Below, piece after piece: positions 7,278 to 13,617 of a DNA stretch of 15,741 nt (within the stretch, counting starts at the first letter, position 1; each line of letters starts with the position of its first letter). The stretch is from a virus: the IMG/VR virus record IMGVR_UViG_3300021400_001316, positions 1-15,741 of that record. One strand, given 5' to 3'. The notes below the pieces were generated by a model, which ran no database searches, had not been told where the DNA came from, and was given only the letters and a program-made list of their open reading frames with translations. The position numbers and the translations under genes were made by a program.

Positions 7278-7538
7278 AATTTACTCCTTTCCTTTAATGA
7301 CTCTTGATAGTTTCTATCAACTTTACTATCTATGGTCACTAAATTGTTTGCAATTATATCTAATGATTTTGCAATATTATTATTGCTTTCCGTTAAAACT
7401 TGGAGCATTTTTGTGTTATCTTCCAGCATCTTATTATTTTTTGTTTTATCCTGGATAAACACCCACACGAATAATGCAGCCATTATTATTGTGCCGACCA
7501 TATTGAAATATGGATTTAATAATTTCCAACAATTCCAT
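7274..7538 (-). CDS. BhlA/UviB-like holin-type membrane protein, whole only with a +1 frameshift at CGG (plus-strand 7494-7496)
   Basis: ATG at 7536-7538 has a proper GGAG RBS and reads MELLEIIKSIFQYG then CGG; skipping the C (plus-strand G7496) gives ...QYG-GTIIMAALFVWVFIQDKTKNNKMLEDNTKMLQVLTESNNNIAKSLDIIANNL... (87 aa). The tracker ORF 7274..7501 starts inside this. Confidence 0.75.
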
Positions 7539-7561
7539 TGTTTTTCTCCTTTCGTAGATTT

Positions 7562-7590
7562 GAAAAAAGAGCCTTATTCAGACTCTTTCT
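7562..7590 (-). terminator. Possible terminator hairpin upstream of the lysis module
   Basis: Minus strand AAAGAGTCTGAATAAGGCTCTTTTTT: short stem AGAGTC/GGCTCT (with a G-U pair) followed by a T run, directly at the stop of the 7574-7693 ORF. Confidence 0.4.
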
Positions 7591-7693
7591 CTAATTCTTC
7601 TCTTACTTGCTCCCTCCATTTTAAAGGAACATCATCTATTGTCATTTTTTTCATTTTTATTTGTAATACATAAAATTTAACTATTGCACTCAT
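7574..7693 (-). CDS. Small XkdX-region-like protein (39 aa)
   Basis: Manual translation: MSAIVKFYVLQIKMKKMTIDDVPLKWREQVREELEKESE; typical small gene position between tail and holin genes. Confidence 0.5.
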   Translation of the reverse strand: MSAIVKFYVLQIKMKKMTIDDVPLKWREQVREELEKESE

Positions 7694-7696
7694 TGA

Positions 7697-8044
7697 CTAT
7701 ACCTCCCCACCTAAAATTTCAGCAATTACTGCTTCAGCTGTAGAAAGTCTTTCTTCAATAGATACTGCTTCAGCTTGACTTTCGTATTGTTCTTTAGCAA
7801 AATTCAACCATACTAAAAAACCAGCTTCAGTAGATAAGTCATTTTCTAATGTATCTCTATAATTATTTTTAACAATTCTATACATATCATAAGTATAGTA
7901 TGTTCTTGTTTCGCCATCTTCTTCTTTTGCATGTTCTTCGATATTTTCATTTAGTATAATATCGCATTTTCCATCTAATATGTTTTCAATAACATATTCT
8001 TCTGGTCTATTATCTGATTCACAATTTAAGTTTACCTCTACCAT
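7697..8044 (-). CDS. Phage tail-accessory/hypothetical protein
   Basis: 115 aa ORF ending in IEERLSTAEAVIAEILGGEV, located between the DGR and the lysis genes. Confidence 0.55.
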   Translation of the reverse strand: MVEVNLNCESDNRPEEYVIENILDGKCDIILNENIEEHAKEEDGETRTYYTYDMYRIVKNNYRDTLENDLSTEAGFLVWLNFAKEQYESQAEAVSIEERLSTAEAVIAEILGGEV

Positions 8045-9075
8045 TGCTTACCACTCCTTTACATTTTTTTAATGTGATTTTATAAGGCTTAATATATTTA
8101 TTTCTATAATTAAAACTATCACAATGAGATAGCCACCCATGATATGAAATCATAGAATAAGCATCCGTTAGCCTTATATATCCTCTTTTTACAATTTTTT
8201 TAACTCTTCGCTTAATTCGAAGAAAGTTGCTTCGCCTCAATGTTGTATATCCTCTATAAAATCTGTATCCTAAAAAATCTAAAGGTCTTGAATCGACTTT
8301 AAATAACTGCCAATTGTCTTTTAATTTTAATCCCTCTGGTTTCAAAAATTCATCTATTGCATTTTTTATTTTATGTAATTCTTTTTTATTTCTACCAAAT
8401 AGCACCATGTCATCCATGTATCGCAAATAATATTTTACTTTCATTTTTTCTTTTATGAAATGATCTAAATCTTGTAAATAAAAATTTGCAAACCATTGAC
8501 TCGTAAAATTACCGAATAGGTAATCCACTTTCACTACTACTATCAATTATGGTATCAATTAAATTTATTACATCATAATCTTTTATTATTCTTCTGAATT
8601 TTCTTTTACAAACATTTTTATCAATGCTAGGATAAAATTTTTTTATATCTAATTTTAAGCAATATTTTGTGTTTTTTCTGTCATCTTTCAATATTCTTTT
8701 TATATATGTTGAGCCATAATGTATCCCCCTATTTGGTACACTAGCACAACAATATTCATACATACCCTTTTGTAAAAGTGGTTGTAATTGTAACATTAAT
8801 GACCAATGAATACACTGGTCTGGGAAAAATGCTGGTTTGAAAATAATTCTCTCCTTTTTGTTTGCACCATCATGTATTGTCATTTTCTTATATGGAGATA
8901 ATTGTATTTCTTTTTTAGATAGCATATTAAAAAGAATATCGACATATTTATCAATATTCTCTGTTATCCTTGCCACATTTCTTCTATCTTTTTTCCCTTT
9001 TGCTGCCTCAATTATTGCTTTTTTGATGTTATCTTTATTGCAAATATCATAGTAAAAATTGCCTTTTCTTTTCAT
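8019..9075 (-). CDS. DGR-type reverse transcriptase, whole only with a +1 frameshift at CGG (plus-strand 8512-8514)
   Basis: ORF 8509..9075 carries early RT motifs (KLDIKKFYPSIDKNV..., ...SESGLPI); ORF 8019..8546 carries GNFTSQWFANFYLQDLDHFI and the catalytic YLRYMDDMVLF plus ...LDFLGYRF. Skipping plus-strand G8514 gives the canonical motif GLPIGNFTSQWFANFYL; 351 aa. Confidence 0.93.
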
Positions 9076-9222
9076 AACACACCTCTGGTAATATAATAAT
9101 TTCTTATTTTTGTCTATCGGACTTTCAAACCATAATGGGCTTACTAATCCAATCCAGTTGCGACTCTATTTCGAGCAAGGGCTCTGGAAAATGATGTGTA
9201 ATGTTATAATTATTATTTCAAA

Positions 9223-9339
9223 AATAAGTACACGACAACCGATGTTCCAATTCGCATTCGAAGAGTCGTTGTTGAAATTCCAATACCACAAGCCATCGTT
9301 AGCCCCATTGTTGAAATTACCACCAACATGAGCAACCCT
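9223..9339 (-). repeat. DGR template repeat (TR)
   Basis: 117 bp aligned without gaps to 9542-9658 (offset +319); 19 mismatches, all at plus-strand T of the TR (coding-strand A). In the VR frame it encodes RVAHVGGNFNNGANDGLWYWNFNNDSSNANWNIGCRVLI, full of AAY codons. Confidence 0.97.
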
Positions 9340-9501
9340 CGAAAACCGAAAGTGAAGCTCGGCATAGCACACATCAAATCCCTATATTTTCAATTGTGTT
9401 TGAAATGATAATAGCATATTTTTAATTTTATTTTAACTATATCAGCCTTTATATAAAGTCAGTATATAATATTTGATTTTATAGAATGTTTTTAATATTA
9501 T

Positions 9502-9526
9502 GGGGGTTGACCACCCCCAAACCCCC
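9502..9526 (-). promoter_or_regulatory. G/C-rich hairpin immediately downstream of VR/target stop (possible DGR homing-associated hairpin or terminator)
   Basis: Plus strand GGGGGTTGACCACCCCCAAACCCCC: GGGGGT/ACCCCC (6 bp, 5-nt loop) or GGGGGTT/AACCCCC (7 bp, 11-nt loop), 3 nt past the stop codon in otherwise AT-rich DNA. Confidence 0.6.
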
Positions 9527-9529
9527 GTT

Positions 9530-11257
9530 TTACTGGTTATCAATAAGAACACGACAACCGAAGTACCAAGGCGCAACCGAAGAGTCGCTGCCGAAACTCC
9601 AACACCACAAGCCATCGTAAGCCCCAGCGTCGAAACCACCACCAACACGAGCAACCCTGTTTCCTGTGTTTTGGTAATAGTAGTCTGCCATATATGTTGA
9701 TGTACTTCCACCAACTTCTGTAGGAAATCTGAAGAATGGCTCATCTACATCTAAGCCAAGTGTTTTAGCATATCCATTTGCATCTGCATTTGTATAAGCT
9801 AATGGCTTATATGGATCTGCGAATACATTATCTGCATATTGAGAATGGTCCTTACAAATATATGCAAGTCTGTCTTTTATGTTTATTCCATCAACAAATT
9901 GCCATATATTTGCGAATAAATTTTCAACACCTCTATAAATCATAGAATGGTAACCATCATTGTTTATACAACCAGATTTCATTCCTAAATCATCACATTG
10001 GCCAGTAATTTGTGCCATTGTACAAACAAAGTTATCTACTGCTATATTAACTGCTGCTCCATCAAAAGTTAGTGCTGCCCCAGTAACACCATCTTCATCA
10101 TAAGCCTCAATTGCAGTAATTTTTCTTGCATCTGCAACTTGTGTTCCTCCATCTGAAGTACCGATTCTTATAATTTGTCCTACATAATATCCAGAAGCAC
10201 TTCCAATTATTGCTCTATTTGTATTATTTTCTGCAACAATTGTTTTTACATATTTACGGCTTTGAATACCATTACCTAATGCACTTTGAGAATTATAAGT
10301 TGCATATTCTACTAAATATAGCATTTGCAATACTAAATATCTCCAATCTAATTGAGAGAAATTATTTCCAAGTGCATTTGCTAATGTTCTAAATTGACCT
10401 CTGTTTTTACTTGTTGTTGGAACTAATCCGCTATATGTATGTAATACATCATCAACTACAGAACCATTATATCTACCAACAAAGAACCCATCTACTTCCA
10501 TAAAACCAGCTTTTGGATAATCTGCTAATAAAACATAATCGTAATCATCTTCTTGATAGATTTTCCAATATGTTTTTGGAATATGTGTAAATACATCTCC
10601 ATTTGTTCCATCAAATTTGAAGTTTGCATCTCCAAACCAAGCATTTATTTTTTTAGTTGTTAAATCATAATTGCATGATTTTATATCAGACCAAGGAGCC
10701 AAACTATCGAAATCATTTTGTACAGTTCCACCATTTTTTGTAGCAGTAGCAACTTTTCCAATGCTATCGAATAGCCTCTCCCATGCAGAACTAGAATTAC
10801 TTGTTATTTTTCTTCTAACTCCATAAACATGACCTCTTGTTGTTTCTATACTGTCAACATCCGCTTCTAATTCTTCAATACGAGCATCTACACTTGCAAA
10901 AGTTTTGTCTTTTATAGTAGATTGTCTCGCATTTGTTACTTCTGGATCCTTTATTTCAATTGTTTTATTATTTTTTGCTAATGCAGTTCCTCCTAATGTA
11001 AGATTTTCTAAAACATTAACTTGTGCTCCAGATGCTATTCCATTTAATTTAGTCTTTTCTGTAGTTGAATAATCTTCTGTTGATAATTGTTTTCCAGCAA
11101 CTTTATCAACTTTGTTACCATCTAAATTGCTAACTGCATTATCAATCATGTCCCAGTTATCATTCATGGCTGTATCTATGTCGAAATTGCTATTTAAGTC
11201 CTCATCATCAGAAGTATTCCATTTAAATAATCCTAAAAAAGTAGTTCTAATTGACAT
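9530..11257 (-). CDS. DGR target protein: phage tail/receptor-binding protein with C-terminal CLec/formylglycine-enzyme-like variable domain
   Basis: 575 aa; N-terminus resembles tail-fibre proteins (FLGLFKWNTSDDEDLNSNFDIDTAMNDNWDMIDNAV); C-terminus ...RVARVGGGFDAGAYDGLWCWSFGSDSSVAPWYFGCRVLIDNQ encoded by the VR. Confidence 0.9.
   Translation of the reverse strand: MSIRTTFLGLFKWNTSDDEDLNSNFDIDTAMNDNWDMIDNAVSNLDGNKVDKVAGKQLSTEDYSTTEKTKLNGIASGAQVNVLENLTLGGTALAKNNKTIEIKDPEVTNARQSTIKDKTFASVDARIEELEADVDSIETTRGHVYGVRRKITSNSSSAWERLFDSIGKVATATKNGGTVQNDFDSLAPWSDIKSCNYDLTTKKINAWFGDANFKFDGTNGDVFTHIPKTYWKIYQEDDYDYVLLADYPKAGFMEVDGFFVGRYNGSVVDDVLHTYSGLVPTTSKNRGQFRTLANALGNNFSQLDWRYLVLQMLYLVEYATYNSQSALGNGIQSRKYVKTIVAENNTNRAIIGSASGYYVGQIIRIGTSDGGTQVADARKITAIEAYDEDGVTGAALTFDGAAVNIAVDNFVCTMAQITGQCDDLGMKSGCINNDGYHSMIYRGVENLFANIWQFVDGINIKDRLAYICKDHSQYADNVFADPYKPLAYTNADANGYAKTLGLDVDEPFFRFPTEVGGSTSTYMADYYYQNTGNRVARVGGGFDAGAYDGLWCWSFGSDSSVAPWYFGCRVLIDNQ
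9542..9658 (-). repeat. DGR variable repeat (VR)
   Basis: Near-identical to TR 9223-9339 (98/117 identity), ending 9 bp before the end of the target-gene stop codon; substitution spectrum of TR A to VR: 11 G, 5 T, 3 C. Confidence 0.97.
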
Positions 11258-11272
11258 TTTTTAAATCTCCTT

Positions 11273-13597
11273 TCAATTTGTTATTTCTTTACCATTTAAA
11301 AAGAGCTTGCCGAATATTTGCAACCCCTCTCCTAAATCAGCTCTGTACATTCCATTTATAGCAACACCCTCTTGAGCTATTGCTATTTGTGGTGTACCAG
11401 AACCAAGTATTAAATCAAATGTAGATTGTGATAATCTATCTTTGACAAATACTCTAATATTAAAATTATTAGTTACTGAAAATCCTTGTGCTCCCTCATC
11501 GCCTTTAATAAGTCCTCTAAATATGAACCTACCAGCTTCAAATGTTAAATTCAATGTTGTTGTTCCTCTAACCCATTGATTAGAAGATGTTGTCTTGTAT
11601 TCATAATAACATTCTACTATTCCATTTGTGATATTTCCAAAAGAATGATTCCAGTATTGCCCCTCAAAATACAATTCTGTTTCTTTACCAACACCATTAG
11701 TTCTTGCAATTTCTGCTTTTGTAATTTTTATATTTGAATAATCATAGAAAGCACTAGGACTAATTTGTTTTGCAGTTGAATTTCCTCTTGAATCTATCGC
11801 ATAGACAGTAAAAACATTATTAACAACATTATCTATTTGTCCACTAACATTTGATGAGCTAGAATAAGCAATTTCTTTTTGTTTTTCTCCAATAACTACT
11901 CTGTATTTACTTATAGTTGCATAATCTTTTCCAATCGCCTTATTAGCATTGGAAATATTGATTTTTACATCTGAATAACCTTTTATTATTCCTTGATTGC
12001 CTCCAGTTAAAACTTTACATGTTGTATCTGTATCCTCGTAAGTAAAATTATTGAAAGTAGGATTTGAATTAGTTATTACAAGATTACCATAAAAATCAAC
12101 ATATTGTGCTTCAGTATTTCCATTCATCGTAGCAATTCCAACATTAAATGCTTGTGCATTGCTATTAGGCAAATATTGAAACATTGATTGTATTTGTGCA
12201 GCAGTTAACTTTGTTGAACTTTGTGTAATTCTTCTTGTATTGTCTGGTGTTTCAAAATATATTTTATAAGTACACCCAGCTGGATTAGAAATATCTTTAA
12301 ATTCTAATTCATCTGTAGTTGTTATCTGTATTCCAGTTGTAACATTTAATTTTGTACCATTTTTATATAAGTTACCAGTTACTTTATTATAGGTATTTTG
12401 TTTTATCGTTCCAGTAGTAACTACAACAGAGCCATCTTTACTTGTTGCTCTTAATTTTATATTATAGTATGTATTCATCGAAAGACTCGTAATTGTGAAA
12501 CTTCCACTTGTACTATTCGGATTACCTTTATCTGTCCAACTAGATCCATCATTTAAAGATAACTCTAATTTTTGAATAGTAATATTTGTTGCCCATTCTA
12601 CTTGCAATTGACTTAATCCATTATATCCACTAACATGATTTACATTATTTTTAGTAAATTTAGTTTGAGTATATGTTGTTTGAGTAACTGTTCCACTATC
12701 AGTTGTCATTTGAGAGTCTTTTCTTCTTACTCTAATTTTTACACTATATGATGTTCCACCACTCAAACCACTAATGATTTGGTCCGGATAGCTTAATCCA
12801 CCTACCCATGTTTTACCATTATCAATAGAATACCATCCATAATCGCAAGCATTTCCAGCAGCCCAAGTTATTTTTAATTGGTCACTTCTACCAGTAACTT
12901 TGTTTACAACAAATTGTGTAATAGATGTATGTCCACTTGGTGTTGTAATCGTTAATGTATTAGACTCTGACCATAAACCACTATCTGCCCTTCTTAATCT
13001 AACTTTTACTGTATATTTAGTGTTTTCTTTTAATCCACCAATATTGAACCAACCAGATTTTCCATCACTTGCAACAGTATCTCCAGCATCTGTCCATGCT
13101 CCACCATTTAATGAATATTGTGTCCAGTCTCTTTTAGGACTACATGACCAATTAACCTGAATGTAATTCCACCCTTTTGCTCTTTCTGATATACTAATAC
13201 TATCGAGGTTTCTTGGTATTCTATCAAGATTCCAGCTACCACTACCACTACAGTTAGAACTTGGATAACTACCAACACCAGCATCAAACGATGCACTAAA
13301 AGAACCATCTCCAGCACTATTAGAACTAGCAATTGTCATGTCTCCGGATTTAACTACATCTCCATCATAATACGATTTACCATTTCCAGATGTTCCCGCT
13401 TCGTATAATACTCTAGTTCCTGCAACCCATAATTCTTTTAAATAAACAGTTCTGTAATATCCTGGTCTATTATGTGCAGTAAGTGTATAATGGATATAAT
13501 GCTCATTTCTTGAACTATTATAGCCTGTCCTATACCAATCAAATGTAAAATAAAAATTTCCTACTGAACCAGTATTAAATGAACCACTTGTTGCCAT
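11273..13597 (-). CDS. Phage tail-associated structural protein with fibronectin type III-like repeats
   Basis: 774 aa with repeated PRNLDSISISERAKGWNYIQVNWSCSPKRDWTQYSLNGG...NTKYTVKVRLRRADSGLWSESNTLTITTP type modules; C-terminal GLQIFGKLFLNGKEI tail-protein ending. Confidence 0.75.
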   Translation of the reverse strand: MATSGSFNTGSVGNFYFTFDWYRTGYNSSRNEHYIHYTLTAHNRPGYYRTVYLKELWVAGTRVLYEAGTSGNGKSYYDGDVVKSGDMTIASSNSAGDGSFSASFDAGVGSYPSSNCSGSGSWNLDRIPRNLDSISISERAKGWNYIQVNWSCSPKRDWTQYSLNGGAWTDAGDTVASDGKSGWFNIGGLKENTKYTVKVRLRRADSGLWSESNTLTITTPSGHTSITQFVVNKVTGRSDQLKITWAAGNACDYGWYSIDNGKTWVGGLSYPDQIISGLSGGTSYSVKIRVRRKDSQMTTDSGTVTQTTYTQTKFTKNNVNHVSGYNGLSQLQVEWATNITIQKLELSLNDGSSWTDKGNPNSTSGSFTITSLSMNTYYNIKLRATSKDGSVVVTTGTIKQNTYNKVTGNLYKNGTKLNVTTGIQITTTDELEFKDISNPAGCTYKIYFETPDNTRRITQSSTKLTAAQIQSMFQYLPNSNAQAFNVGIATMNGNTEAQYVDFYGNLVITNSNPTFNNFTYEDTDTTCKVLTGGNQGIIKGYSDVKINISNANKAIGKDYATISKYRVVIGEKQKEIAYSSSSNVSGQIDNVVNNVFTVYAIDSRGNSTAKQISPSAFYDYSNIKITKAEIARTNGVGKETELYFEGQYWNHSFGNITNGIVECYYEYKTTSSNQWVRGTTTLNLTFEAGRFIFRGLIKGDEGAQGFSVTNNFNIRVFVKDRLSQSTFDLILGSGTPQIAIAQEGVAINGMYRADLGEGLQIFGKLFLNGKEITN

Positions 13598-13617
13598 TCT
13601 CTAAAATCCTCCTTTCT

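Noticed and set aside
6143-7673. Plus-strand ORFs 6143..6367, 7183..7458, 7332..7673
   Set aside because: Antisense to the lysin and holin-like genes and without recognisable domains.
3829-8514. Treating the four interrupted genes as ordinary pseudogenes or assembly errors
   Set aside because: All four need the same +1 correction at the same trinucleotide with an NNU codon before it, there is no homopolymer at the sites, and the rest of each gene is intact. I cannot exclude a systematic artefact without reads, so this remains the main alternative.
8019-9075. Group II intron, retron or abortive-infection RT
   Set aside because: No intron domain V or maturase/endonuclease region and no retron msr/msd-like pair seen; the adjacent adenine-biased TR/VR pair identifies it as a DGR RT.
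9166-9372. ORF of 68 aa over the TR (MCYAELHFRFSRVAHVGGNF...)
   Set aside because: It is the template repeat read in the VR frame; no convincing independent gene, and its homology to the target is explained by TR/VR identity.
9500-9700. Plus-strand ORF 9500..9700 (and 9110..9331) antisense to VR/TR
   Set aside because: Antisense open frames created by the base composition of the repeats; no RBS or recognisable domain.
9442-9744. Minus-strand ORF of 100 aa overlapping the VR
   Set aside because: Alternative reading frame over the GC-richer VR; the 9530..11257 frame carries the recognisable tail/CLec protein.
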